DNA of 63,680 bases, the filler included, from Nemertoderma westbladi (taxonomy: Eukaryota > Animalia > Xenacoelomorpha): assembly GCA_032718475.1 (NCBI GenBank). It is 3 parts of 3 records of this genome, joined end to end, with 100 filler letters (N's around TTAATTAATTAA, not from the genome) between each part and the next. Parts side by side here need not be neighbours in the genome. Positions count along the whole stretch, not along the records: positions 1 to 23,531 come from JAUCBJ010008149.1; positions 23,632 to 51,473 come from JAUCBJ010005617.1; 1 more part is not named here. One strand, 5' to 3'. The notes under the pieces are model-generated. The model had not been told where the DNA came from. It did no database searches and saw only the letters and a list, made by a program, of their open reading frames with translations. Positions within the stretch are counted from its first letter, which is position 1; each line of letters starts with the position of its first letter. A program made the position numbers and the translations under genes. Shown here in pieces: positions 12,162 through 24,448 of this stretch.

Positions 12162-12301
12162 TCTTTTTTGATAACTCTTCAATTATCCTTCTAAGTGCCA
12201 AAATGGGCTCCATGGTCCCACGACCTTTACGGAACCCATTCTGATTTCCACGGAGCAGTCTCTCAATGGGATCCCTGATGCGATTTAATAGAATTCTATT
12301 G
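12162..12301 (-). mobile_element. Internal RTE LINE fragment, right part
   Basis: Continues the RTE sequence (matches 45220-45360) across the nested insertion. Confidence 0.95.
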
Positions 12302-12377
12302 TGTATGTGTGTTTGGGAACGTATAGAATGTATGTATGGGTGTTCGGGAACGTATAGAATGTACGTATGGGTGTTCT
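12302..12377. repeat. ~31-bp minisatellite, segment 4
   Basis: Same unit resumes after the RTE fragment. Confidence 0.9.
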
Positions 12378-13124
12378 GTCTATCTAGAAAATATTTTTCT
12401 AGAAGTTTTATCGTATTCTGCGAACTAGAAAACCCTTATACCATCAAAATAAATAATTGTCAGCCAAGATCTAAAAAATTTATAAAATGCCCCCCCCCCC
12501 CGGGCCAATACATAGTAAAATAGCCGGATAGGCTGATAGGAACTTCTCGAGCGGTAAATACAGGATAGAGGACACTGAGGAGAGTATCTGGCTTTAAAGT
12601 TATAGACATCAGGCTTCCTACAATCCCACTTCACATTGGCCGATGCTCTTGTTGTGGGGGGTAAATGCTACGCCTACACTTACAGCAAACGCCTAAACAC
12701 GCCTACACATACATATACCGGGAGGCCGGTAAGCCAATACATCTCACTGTTGATCCTCAAACTGTTGATTCTCTATTAAATAAATGTTACCTATCTCTCG
12801 TTTATTGTTTTGGTTCCTTTCAACCCGCCTCTGTAACCTGCTTCTTTACTAATCTGCCTACAAATAGGTGTAGGTGTAACGTTTACCCCCTTTGTTGTGG
12901 CATAAATTGAGTGTAATTTTTGGTCAAATTCATTTTCCAATTCGGGTGAGGAAGAACTACAAATTTATCCAAATTGATCGACATTTCACTGTGTCTAAAA
13001 AACACATCTTTTATTTAGATGCATAGTCAGTCCTAAGCATTCAATGCCCTATTTACATAACATTTAAATATTAATTTAATTAAATATATTTAAGAGAAAT
13101 TCTCACAATAATTAATTGGCACTA

Positions 13125-13244
13125 ATGTATTCAAACGGCGGAGGATATTTGTTTGGAGTTAAATGCACATTGTCAGCTCAGACGACCGCTCACAGGAAAC
13201 GAATTGAATTCGTTAGAAACGAATCACTCAGACTCAGCAGAGAG
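13125..13244 (+). CDS. TPH: Candidate first coding exon of TPH
   Basis: ATG followed by 40 open codons (MYSNGGGYLFGVK...LRLSRE) ending at a GAG|GTGGGT donor. Phase 0 is compatible with the acceptor at 15833. No strong homology support. Confidence 0.45.
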
Positions 13245-13289
13245 GTGGGTATTTGCATTTGTATTTGCATATCGTATATTAAAAATAGC

Positions 13290-14685
13290 CAAAGTCAAAG
13301 GGGGAGTCCCGACGGACTCTAATAACTATCGCCCAATCTCCCTTCTTCCCTTGCTAAGTAAACTTCTGGAACAAATAATAAACACCCAGCTCCAATCTTA
13401 CGTCTCAAAATTCCTAATAATAACAAAATCGCAATATGGCTTTCGTCCGAAAACATCCACAACTCACGCCCTTCTCTCTGTCATTGAAAACATCCACCAG
13501 GCCCTAGACGATTCGCTATCTACATTGACCTAAAGAAAGCTTTCGATACTCTAGACCATGAAATACTACTATCTAAACTAACATCATATGGAATACGTGG
13601 TCTACCTCATCAACTAATATCTAGCTTTCTTTCATCTCGATCTCAATTTGTATCTATCGATGGCTTTCAATCCTCAATCTTACCTCTAACCTGTGGCGTC
13701 CCTCAGGGTTCTACTCTTTCCCCCATCCTATTCCTTTTATATATTAACGACCTGCCTAATGCTTCAAACCTACTCTCAATGTTATTTGCTGATGATACTA
13801 CGCTTTTCCAATCCTCATCGAATGCATTTTCCCTTCTAACGACTACCAACCAGGAACTTGACAAGATCGCTGATTGGCTTATTGCTAACCGCCTCTCCTT
13901 AAACATACAAAGACGGAATACACTATATTTTCTAATACTCTAACTGACCCGAATAATCTCCCCCAACTATCGATACAAAATAAACTAATTAAATCCACTA
14001 ACAATTCTAAAATACTAGGAATCTGTGTTGACAACAAACTCACCTGGAAAACTCATATACAGATATACTCAAGAAAATTTCAAAAACGACAGGACTCTTC
14101 TATAAACTCCGGCATATGTTTTCCCTCCATATTCTGCGTCAGCTATATTTTACCCTAATCCACCCATACGTACACTATGGACTACTTCTATGGGGAGGTA
14201 CTCACTCAACTACCTTAAAACCGCTACGAACTAAAATTAATAAATTCCTACGTTGTATTACCTGCTATATAAATATCTCAACATACTCCCCCTTGATTTA
14301 TTGTTTAAGCACCAAGTGTAGCACCAAGTAAGGACCAAAGAACAAATAAAAAAAAGCACAAAGAGGACTTTCTCAAAATATCTCAAGCAATACTACCTAT
14401 CTAAATTATGTCTAACAATAACTTTAACTTAATTTTGTAATTATTGGCGTACCCATTCTTAGTTACACTACTATTGTTTTAGCCACAATAATAGTGTACC
14501 ACTAATACCGTATCAACATCCATTATCCTACAAATTCCCAGCCCTCCAATAGGGTGGTGGCAACTACTAGCCCTGCTACTAGCTATCATCCTATTCCTTC
14601 CTTCTGTAACCTTCATCAATCTTATTTCACTCATAAGTGCAATTTTACTCATAAAAGGATGGAAGAATTAAACTGAAATTGAAAG
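13290..14685 (+). mobile_element. Degenerate L2/CR1-group LINE (RT to 3' end) in a TPH intron
   Basis: NYRPISLLPLLSKLLE, QYGFR, DLKKAFD, GVPQGSTLSP and FADDT spread over frameshifted frames. 3' hairpin AATAGGGTGGTGGC/GCTATCATCCTATT and TAAACTGAAATTGAAA end. Confidence 0.85.
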
Positions 14686-14695
14686 TTGTTGTTCT

Positions 14696-15680
14696 TACTA
14701 CTACTACTACTAGGTCGAGCGAACTCGGACAGTGGAAATGAGATCCTTCCAGGCTTCCCGATTCTCCAACTACTACTAGGTCGAGCGAACTCGGACAGTG
14801 GAAATGAGATCCTTCCAGGCTTCCCGATTCTACTACTACTACTAGGTCGAGCGAACTCGGACAATGTAAATGAGATCCTTCCAGGCTTCCCGATTCGCCA
14901 TAGTTGTCGCAATTTCGTTTCTCCCAAGTTCAGTATCCCTTTCAAGTTGATCTATATATGTTATGGCCGGTCGTCCACGACTACGCTTTCCATGAGTTGG
15001 TTGCCAGAAAAGTAGATCTGGTATGACCTCGTCTTTACTTCGCCAGCAGCGCCCACTGAATCTTAATCTGCGTTCACGGAGGGTGGTTGATACAGGTGGT
15101 ATTGTACCATAAAGCTCGGCGTTTGTCATGTGTTGTCTCCAGCTGATGTTTAGGGCTGCCCGTACTAGTCTTGTGTAGCAACCATCAATTCGTTGTTCAA
15201 GTGATTTAGTCAGTGTCCAGGTCTCACCCCCGTATAAAAATTCACTTTCCACTGTGGCTCGAAAGAACTTAGTCTTCAGGTGCCTGGAGAGATCTGATTT
15301 CCAGATGGTATCCATTTTTGATAGAGCTACCCAAGCCTTTGCTTACCTAACTTCTATGTCCTTTTTGCTACTCTCTATCCATGATCCAAGGTACTGGAAG
15401 TCATCGACCTTCCTTAGTTGATTATTATCAATGGTTGTCAAGTTTCCATCAACATTAAAGGTCATGAATTCGGACTTGGTAGCATTTATATGCAATCCAA
15501 CCTCCTTAGCAGCCCTCTCCACTTTATTTAGTAGAAGCTGTGCATCTGCTAGCGTATTAGAGAGCAGTGCGATGTCATCTGCAAAGTCGGTGTCTGTGAC
15601 GGTAGTTGCCGGATATCTACTACTTCTGCATTCTTGAAGTGTGAATCCCAGATCTTCACCCTTTGTGGCCGTCCTTATAC
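14696..15680 (-). mobile_element. 5'-truncated RTE LINE (second family) with triplicated 3' end
   Basis: DTDFADDIALL, FQYLGSWI, FRATVES.FLYG.ETW, RERRLRFSG, GRPAITY; (TAG)n tail directly after the stop codon. Confidence 0.9.
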
Positions 15681-15833
15681 TTTCAAAACTTATTTTCATT
15701 TATTTTTCAAATTTGGTATTATAATATTTTTAAATAGTACTGTATTATCTGCTTGACACACCCGAACTCATAACTCGGGAATAATAACATTTGTTTTTAA
15801 TATATATTAAATTCTAATAATCTTATTTCATAG

Positions 15834-15938
15834 TTTATTGCAGAGGATAAACTTAAAGGACCAACTTTGAGCGCTGCATTTATTCTAATACTAAAGAATG
15901 AAGTTGGAGGCTTGGCTAATGTGCTTAAAATACTGCAG
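15834..15938 (+). CDS. TPH: TPH exon (start of ACT domain)
   Basis: FIAEDKLKGPTLSAAFILILKNEVGGLANVLKILQ|GT resembles TPH1 LIFSLKNEVGGLIKALKIFQ. Alternative acceptor at 15843. Confidence 0.8.
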
Positions 15939-16055
15939 GTATGATGTTAGATCCATGGCTAATGTGCTTAAAATACTGCAGGTAGGATGTTAGATCCCGC
16001 CTAACATGGCGGGATCCATAAATAAAAAATAAATACAATGGCAGAATGCGCCTAA

Positions 16056-17371
16056 CCCTCTTAGAGCCGGGGGGGGGGGGGGGGGGGTTGGTCAAATCGA
16101 CCCCCCACCGCGGTGTTTGCGCTGGTGCTGTGAAAAAATGGGAAGACTTGCATTTTTGTGATAATTTCCCCATACCGATCGGACATAAACTTATAGAAAG
16201 ATATACACTCATGTCTATCTGGCTGTCTGTTAAATGTGTCTGTCAATTTTCAAACTATGAAAAATAATGTACTTCAGTATATTGTATCTATTACTTTGCA
16301 GTGTAAGCACCCTCAATTGCTTACTTGATATATTTTCTAACGTATGAGGTCTCTGAAATTTATTCGACGTTTATGTCTGTTTGTCTGTCTGTCTGCTTGT
16401 CTGTCTGTGTAATTGAAAATTATATAAATTGCATAACGTTGCATATGACGCACAAATAAGCAATGGATGTGTGTTATACAACTATGGTAACATATCATTG
16501 CCAAAATCCAGCATCACCCTGCAGAGACGCCTCCTGATTCTTGCTGAGCACAGTTTCCATCGACAGGATTAACCTGTACACAACCTTGTGCTGTGGTGTC
16601 CGGCTGGTGAGAATAGAAGTGGTGGACAGCAAATTAATTTCTATATGTCTGCCTGTCAGTCGTTCTGTTTGTCGGTCTATCTGTTTGTCGGTCTGTCTGT
16701 CCATTTTAGTCAAGTACATTTATCTACTAAATTGCAGTATAAGAACACACTTTTGTTCCAAACAGACATTTTATGACGTCTGTGGTGTCTGTAATTTATT
16801 GTATGTCTGTCTCTTTGTCGGTATGTCTGTCTGACTGTTTGTCGGTCTGTCTTTTCATTATATTAGGTAAATGCTACACTCATCAACAAACATCAAATTC
16901 ATATGAGTAAATAAATAATATCTAATTATTGAAATTATATTGTGTTTGTTTCCAAAATTATATAGAATTCTACAAGCATTACTATAATTCTAATTGACAG
17001 ACAAGCAGACAGACAGTGGGACAGACAGACAAATTTAAACAGACCTACAGACTGGCAGACGAGAGCGCCATACGTTGGTAAAGAAACCATTATCCACATA
17101 GTGTGAGTATGTTGTTGAACGAAACTAAGCCATGATAAAATATTTATGTATTGTATGTACATCGAAAAGAACAGACAACAGACAGAGAGCCAGAACTCAC
17201 GTAACGACAGTAACTAGGTGTTACCACTTCACCAACTTGTAGACGACACATATCATAGTATATACAAACCAAATTTCAAGACGATGACCAAAACGGGGCC
17301 GAGATATTAAGGTGGGGTCGAATCGAACCCCCGTCCCTAAGCGGGGTTTAAACCGCCCGGCCCTAAAAGGG
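16056..17371. mobile_element. TTAA-type (piggyBac-like) non-autonomous element
   Basis: TIRs CCCTCTTAGAGCCGGG and CCCGGCCCTAAAAGGG, flanked by CTAA and TTAA. Subterminal GGTCRAATCGA-CCCC palindromes; internal inverted TGTC/GACA tracts. Confidence 0.65.
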
Positions 17372-18265
17372 TTAAGATACTGCAGGTAGGATGTTAGATG
17401 CATGGCTAATGTGCATAAGATACTGCAGGTCGGATGATGTTGGTGTTGGATCCATGACTATTACCCCAACGCCATAAGTGAGGCAAAACGGGGAAGTCTC
17501 GCGGTAAGAGTGAATAAGAATAACGAGGTGAATGCGATGTATATAACTCAACGGAACAATAGTACAATAGCAGCATACCCTAACTAGGTTATGGCGTTAA
17601 GATGTAGGTAACACAGTGCGGCTACGGTATGGTTCGCGGTACCAGCATTCCGCTCAGTTGCGTCTGGCCGTGCGAGGCAGACAGACGGTAGAACCTAACC
17701 GTCTGGCGCAAAAATTTTTTTGGCAAAATGGTCTTAGATATGTAGGTCATATTTTATGAGAGACAAAGGGTAGCTAGCAGTTACGAAATCGGGTCTAGGA
17801 GATACAAATGGCCATGTTTTTCAACATTTAAAACATGTTTTACAGCAGCTTTAGGGCTACGATTGTAGCCATAAAGCTGCTGGTATACGTTTGATGACAA
17901 TTGAGTAAAAAATGGAAAAGTAGTAGGAATTTAGAGATGAAAATGTGTTCCAATTAGTTTAGGTCCAAACCCCACCCTGGATGTTTTTTTTTCATATTGG
18001 CGTATGTGGATTGTGGGTTTTTATCGTAACTATACGCATATGCGAAAACCACATAAGCGTATATTATTGAAAATATCAACCACTTTCTTCCCTGAGGAAT
18101 AAAGGCTTAAATCACGGCGTCATTGCCCTCCGACCAAGTTCTGTAAGATCAGAGGGATTTTGAGAAATTTTACGAAAACATAATTTAGAGTGACTGATTT
18201 AGAGTAAATGGCAGGCCTAAGGTAACTCAGGTAGCTAATATTCGGGGGATTTATTTTTATCGCAG

Positions 18266-18449
18266 GATTATAATATTAATATAAACCACATCGAATCGCG
18301 AGATTCTAAGTGTGAAATCAGCTCGACGCGTCATGTTTATGTTGAATGTCAAGGTTCCCATGGTGATCTCAAAAACGTTCTAGAATTGATAAAGGACAGC
18401 GTCAATGGGGTGGAGACAGTGGATGAAGAATCTGGTTACATTATTGAAG
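18266..18449 (+). CDS. TPH: TPH exon (ACT domain)
   Basis: AG|DYNININHIESRDSK...YIIE|GT; HIESR motif of aromatic amino acid hydroxylases; splice phases consistent. Confidence 0.88.
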
Positions 18450-18766
18450 GTAGTATTATAGCGAATTTGCCATATGGACCAAAATTATTGTCTCTATCTG
18501 AGATACCATTGGTCAATATCGATGAATTAAAGATGGATGGGATGGCCTTATAGTTTGCAGGAAATTGTTCTGCAGGCACAACTGCTTTGAATATTCGCAT
18601 TCTTAACTATATCCATTTTATTCGAAATTCTAATTTAGTTAACTAAATAATATTCGTACATTATTGTCTGTAATAAAGTGTAAAAAAAAACGATTTTTAA
18701 AAATTTATAAAAAATTTATAAAATATATATAAATTATTATATATATAAATTTATAAAAATTTATAG

Positions 18767-18935
18767 AAAATGAAGAAATACCTTGGTTTCCTCGGAAAAT
18801 TGCTGATTTAGATATAATTTGCAACAGAGTTCTCCATTACGGGTCTGAGTTGGACGCGGACCATCCCGGCTTTACCGACGAGGTTTACAGACAGAGACGC
18901 AGTTACATAGGGAAACTCGCCATGGATTATAAATA
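18767..18935 (+). CDS. TPH: TPH exon
   Basis: [12 protein letters not shown]...[21 protein letters not shown]; canonical splice sites. Confidence 0.95.
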
Positions 18936-19619
18936 GTTAGTTATATAATTGGAATCAATATCCAAATATCCATATGCAATTTTGACTTGTCACTGGTCAG
19001 TTTATGTAAATATTTCTCAATCAAGAGATTTTTTATTCTAAACCATTTACAATGTCAATTTTCATAAAACATTCCATGATCCCCCCCCCCCCCCCAAATT
19101 TTTCTACAAATCTATATCATATTGCTTGAATTTTGAAACACAACTAGTTAAACTCACCGTCGTGCTAGTTAATTGCTGGGTAATAGCATTATTATTATAT
19201 AGACTATTTGATCTTGTTGAAAGAAGAGAGAAGAGAGAGATTGAATTCATACAAGATATACATACATACAAGTGTTGCAAGGATTCACATATTTGTCTGT
19301 CAGGGTCGCGATCTTCACGTGGTAGGCCAGTCCAGGATGTTGGAGATTATTGAATCCCGTTGGACAATGCAAATTGTATAAAGGCTTGGTCTTGGTGGGG
19401 GATATATATATATACATATATATCCTAAAAGAACATGATGATTTAATTAATTATTTAATGCTTTGAATAATAAATTATTTATCTATATTATATACTGTAT
19501 GATTATAAATCATAAATATATATATACTACTACTGTAACTGATTCTATATAAAAAATAAATATAATATCGCTATTATTATACATGTGTTGCAATGTGCAA
19601 GCTACTTATGAGATTCATA

Positions 19620-19850
19620 TAAAATGTTCCAGAACATTGTGTATTTGTTAAATAGAATTATATAGACTCCGCGCAGATGTAAAGCCATGTAACTTTTCGA
19701 TCGCTCGTATATCAGAAGATTGCGTCACATATTTGGAATCATTTGGATGCATGGCCTGCTTTCCATGGCGCTATATGTTTGAAGAATAACTGCGCTATAA
19801 CTGGTGAGATATCGTTTGGAGACACCTTTTCAAATGCTTGAATCTAAAAA
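19620..19850 (+). repeat. Old dispersed repeat (second copy at ~42172-42415)
   Basis: Shared blocks TGTTCYAGAACAT..TTAAATAGAA, ACATATTTGGAATC, TTTCCAT, ACTGGTG and GACACYTTTT..CAAAYGCTTG. Confidence 0.55.
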
Positions 19851-20241
19851 TATCATCGAAATATGTCACCCAGAAAGTGGTCGGGAAGTGAAACTATCTG
19901 TGTTTCAAATTTATGTAATCTTATTAAGATTAGTATAAATATTGGAGAGGGGGGGAGGGGGGTTGTGTCACTGAAACGGCGTTCGATCTATTTATACCGT
20001 TATTAAAAGCGAAGCGTGACAAAAGGACACTTATAAGCCATTATATTGGTTGTTGTCTAATTATTGTTCTCACTTTGAGTATAATAAATGTTAAAGAAAT
20101 AAAAGCGAAGCGTATATCTTCGAAATGATACAATTCGGGTGGTAAAACTTTGAAGCTCAAGGTACAGTAGGTGGGGGGAACTATAAGAGTGAGTATGATG
20201 CTCTCTGTTTAATTTAATAAAATATCTGTTATGTTATTTAG

Positions 20242-20438
20242 TGGAGAACAAATACCCAGGATAAGCTACACATCTGAGGAAGTTCTTACATGGGGTACCA
20301 TCTACCGTGCATTAATGGAACTTTACCCCAAATATGGTTGCAAGGAATATCTTGCGAATCTGCCATTACTCGAGTTATATTGCGGCTACAGAGAGGATAA
20401 TATACCTCAACTACAAGATATAAGTCAATTCCTCAAAG
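20242..20438 (+). CDS. TPH: TPH exon (catalytic domain)
   Basis: [19 protein letters not shown]...[31 protein letters not shown]. Confidence 0.96.
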
Positions 20439-20679
20439 GTAGGTTGATAATTACTGTATTATGGATCCAAGATTTACGTTTTCATTTCGGGTGTAGAGCC
20501 AAACACATGAAGGTATTTGGGGTGACTTTTAATGAACTGTTCATTATTAAATTAATCAATAATTGTATTATTTTTTTAATGTGCCTAGATGTGTTATATA
20601 TGACCTTTCTGCGCAGCCCACCATAAGATGAGTTTGGTGATGTGAGTTAATGCGATAAGCCTTTAATGTTATACTTGTG

Positions 20680-20939
20680 AGTTACCTTAAATTCCCGCCC
20701 ATGTAAAGAATACCAGGATTTCACTTTTCGGTCGACTTTTTATTGGATTTTTATATATGAAGATTTTTATTTTTTTAATTTATCTTTATTAAGTGTTTTA
20801 TAGCATTAATTACTGTCTTATAACCTGCACATATACTAATTCGCACATATACTAATTCGTTTATTGTTTTGGTTAGATTCAGTCCTTCTGTAACCTTCGT
20901 TTTTTGTGAAAACCTGGTATTCTTCATATGGGGGTAACT
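20680..20939. mobile_element. MITE in a TPH intron
   Basis: Terminal inverted repeats AGTTACC..CCCATGTAAAGAATACCAGGATTTCAC and GTGAAAACCTGGTATTCTTCATATGGGGGTAACT. Confidence 0.7.
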
Positions 20940-21014
20940 GCAAAGTGAAATATAGAGGCAAAGTGTCTGGTATTTTCACATAAGCCTAAATTCCCATATT
21001 AATTATAATTTTAG

Positions 21015-21150
21015 AGCGCACCGGTTTTCAACTTCGACCAGTGGCTGGCTATCTTTCTGCCAGAGACTTTCTAGCTGGTTTGGCCTTCCGAGTGTTCCAT
21101 TCCACCCAGTATATTCGCCATTCATCCGAGCCATTGTACACACCGGAACC
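21015..21150 (+). CDS. TPH: TPH exon (catalytic domain)
   Basis: [52 protein letters not shown] is the TPH-type residue (PAH/TH have VAGLLS). Confidence 0.97.
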
Positions 21151-21426
21151 GTTAGTAGACAATATGTAAGACTAATAAATTATGGTAGAATTATGGGTAA
21201 TAATTAAGAGTAGATTGGATATGAGCAGACGGTTGATTGGTTTAAGTTGATGGATGTCATTAATAACTAGTGTAATTATACTGGAATTTTGTACTTTTAG
21301 TAAATCAATGTTTTGTTTTTGAGAGGTTAAGTAAGTTTCGGTTAGTCAACACAGGGAGCCATATCAGAAAATTTCAGAATACTGGGCATACAATGTATGT
21401 ACATGATCTAAACTTTACCTTCACAG

Positions 21427-21649
21427 AGATTGCTGTCACGAGTTACTGGGACATATGCCCCTCCTCGCCGACAGAAAGTTCGCGGAATTCAGTCAAGAGA
21501 TCGGTTTGGCATCGTTGGGGGCCAACGAACGCGAGGTCAATGACCTGGCTAAACTTTATTTTTTTACCGTGGAGTTCGGTCTCTGTAAACAGGATGATCA
21601 GGTCAAAGTATTCGGGGCCGGTTTATTAAGTTCAGTAGCGGAATTTAAG
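21427..21649 (+). CDS. TPH: TPH exon (iron ligands)
   Basis: [15 protein letters not shown]...[30 protein letters not shown] is TPH-type (PAH/TH have YWFTVEF). Confidence 0.97.
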
Positions 21650-22367
21650 GTAACTGATTTATTAAAATATATTCAAATGTGAAAATAAACTTTAACATGA
21701 TTCAAAAAGAAATATAACGTAAATAATTATTAATTTAATTGTTAAGCAAAAATTATAACCTGTAAGTTAAGTAAGAACCAAAATATGAAATAACAACTGA
21801 GAAAAGAAGTTGCCTATAATGCTTGTGCTGTCTCCATCTGTGGTGATTGATCTTTTTTGTTAGGCCTAACTGGCATAACCGTAGAATACGGTTCAATCAC
21901 AATGAAATATTGTTACTTTAATTCACTTGTAAATAAAGTAGATTTTCGCGATAGTTCTGTAAAAAGATATTTTAATTAATTGTAACTAAATTCAGAGAAT
22001 AGCTAACACAAGTCAACCTATATCTCTTATATAGCAGTACTGGTATCTTTGTAGCACATTACTTTCATAGTGAGGTGCACAACACAATCTTGCCATTTGG
22101 TTGCCCCAAGGAGTGAGTGGAGAGCATACGCATGAGCGATATATTTTTGTGTTTTACGTACTGTACTGTATCTACCATCTAGCAGAAAGGGTTTTCTTTC
22201 TTCATTTAAAATTCAATACATAAAACAAATTAAGTTACATATTAATATATAATTTATAATTTGAAACCAAAATATATTTACGACTTTAAATTAAATTTTA
22301 CGAATGTCAAATAATCTGTTCAGATACATAACATGTATTAGAAAAGCAACATTCCTTTTTTTCACAG

Positions 22368-22501
22368 CATGCTGTTTCTGGTGAGGCAAATATAATGGAC
22401 TTTGATCCCGCATCTGTTCTCAACATGGAATGTCGGATAACAACCTTCCAAGATGGATATTTCATTACTAACAGCTTCGATGATGCAAAGGGTCGCCTCA
22501 G
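22368..22501 (+). CDS. TPH: TPH exon (penultimate); final exon not found before the gap
   Basis: HAVSGEANIMDFDP...ECRITTFQDGYFITNSFDDAKGRLR|GT. Confidence 0.93.
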
Positions 22502-23531
22502 GTTTGTTAAGGGTTTATTTTTTTGCTTTTTTATTCAATTTTGTATGAAAGACAAGTTTATGAATTATGAACATTCTTGTGCAAACAATCAGTCCTTTTG
22601 GCGTTAAAATGTTGTGTGGCTGTTTAGCTTTAGTTATAGCTGCTATGAAACATTTGCTTGGAACATTTTGAGCTTTTACATTAACATTATGTTTACGTCT
22701 ATAATTTGAAGTTAAGATTAATTTAAATTAGATCTTTTTGGTTTATTATTATATATATATTATTATTTAATATATTATAATATAATATAAAGCAAAGTAA
22801 TAATATATTGAATTATACAATAGATACTAAAGAATTTGTAACATTGTATAAATTTATAAACTTTTTTGCTATATCCTCGTAACGCAGCAATAGCAAATCT
22901 TTGCTAGAACACATCTTGTGTATTCTACATTGATGATAGCTTTTGTATGGTGTAAGATTATCTACAGTACATTTATTGTATCAAATGCAATACATTACAA
23001 TATTAAAGCTAATTAATTAAGCCTTTTTAATTAATTAAGGTGGACATAATGTAACAAAATTTCGCAAACTATTGTGTAAAATTAGCACTATACAGCGTTT
23101 CTAACCGAACCTTGTTTGTTTATTTATGTAAATCTGCTCGTTGTGCTCGCATGATACACAATAATCTACTCCTTTATATTCTAAGGAAAAATAAAATTCA
23201 ATACAGCAATAAACTAATTTATAGTGTTTATTGCCCAAAATGTAAACATTAGGTGTTACCTAATGATTGACAGCTTATTTAGTTAGGGAGAACCCTAAAT
23301 TAGATAGAAGGTAAAAATAATAATAAATTATTGCTCTACAGTGGAATACATTTCAGGAAAATTTCTTTAAAGTTGTGTTTAAATTTTAGACTATATGTTA
23401 CCTGAACAGCAGCGGTAGGCTTACCAAACCAATGCATAATGCAATACTAGAATAATTTAATACGTTAAAATAACATAAAAGCGGACATAGGACAATTCGG
23501 TCCTGGACAATTCGGTCACGGACAAATCGGT

Positions 23532-23631
23532 NNNNNNNNNNNNNNNNNNNNNNNNNNNNNNNNNNNNNNNNNNNNTTAATTAATTAANNNNNNNNNNNNN
23601 NNNNNNNNNNNNNNNNNNNNNNNNNNNNNNN
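23532..23631. other. Assembly gap with TTAATTAATTAA linker
   Basis: N run with a central spacer that has stop codons in all frames. Confidence 0.98.
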
Positions 23632-23902
23632 CGCGTAAACCTCAGCACACTCTGTGGTAGGGTAATGCTGAACATGATGAGGGTCGGAAGTACCTAGAAT
23701 GGGAAGATCCGTACGATTGGTATTTGCGTATCTTTCGTATGGCCCATTGGGGGTAGCTCGTTGTGGCTTTAAACGAGAGTTCCCTTGTTCAAAGGTCCCT
23801 TCATGCGTTTTTTATACGCTTGACAGAGGCCGCTTCCCATACCCATTTTTAATGGGTTTGCTGTTGCTTATATGCTAAACACGAAATTAAAGAGCATTTA
23901 AA
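23632..23902 (+). other. Putative ITS1 (partial)
   Basis: Lies immediately upstream of the 5.8S sequence. Confidence 0.6.
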
Positions 23903-24056
23903 AACTTTGTGTGGTGGATCACTCAACTCACCTGTCGATGAAGAGCGCAGCTAGCTGCGTGAAGTAATGTGAATTGCAGGACACATTGAGCATTGACATC
24001 TCGAACGCACATTGCGGTTGTGGGCTGTCCCACGACCACGCCCGGCTGAGGGTCTG
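23903..24056 (+). rRNA. 5.8S rRNA (orphan copy, possibly a pseudogene)
   Basis: GGTGGATCACTC..GTCGATGAAGAGCGCAGCTAGCTGCG..TGTGAATTGCAGGACACATTGA..CGAACGCACATTGCGG..GGCTGAGGGTC. Confidence 0.95.
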
Positions 24057-24378
24057 CGAATATCCATCTCGAGCGCTTTGCAGATGCTGTAGGTTACCAC
24101 CTCAGTAATTTTGCTTTGCTCTCGAGGCTTGAGTTAGTGTTTTGGTCTCGACCGATACGCTATGCTCTAAGAATGGCAGGTTAATAGTTATGCATTAGGA
24201 ACACTCTCCTCGGTTTTGAGGTTAGTTTGGCCTGAGCGTGAATAATTCTCGCGATTGCCTTTCTTTCCCAGTCTGAGGGCCTTTTGTATATGCTATAGTG
24301 CTTGCGAGCGGTGATGCTTTCGCTAATAATTGTAGGTTGTTGGTGATACAACCCTCAATATATGAAGCCTTTCAAACA
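24057..24378 (+). other. ITS2
   Basis: Between the 5.8S end and the 28S start. Confidence 0.85.
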
Positions 24379-24409
24379 TGGACCTCAGCTCGGACGGGAC
24401 TACCCGCCC

Positions 24410-24448
<39 letters not shown>

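Noticed and set aside
18266-22501. Calling the hydroxylase PAH or TH
   Set aside because: The diagnostic residues VAGYLS, YFFTVEF and ECxITTFQ favour tryptophan hydroxylase.
23576-23587. TTAATTAATTAA inside the N runs (also at 51518-51529)
   Set aside because: Artificial scaffolding linker with stops in all frames.
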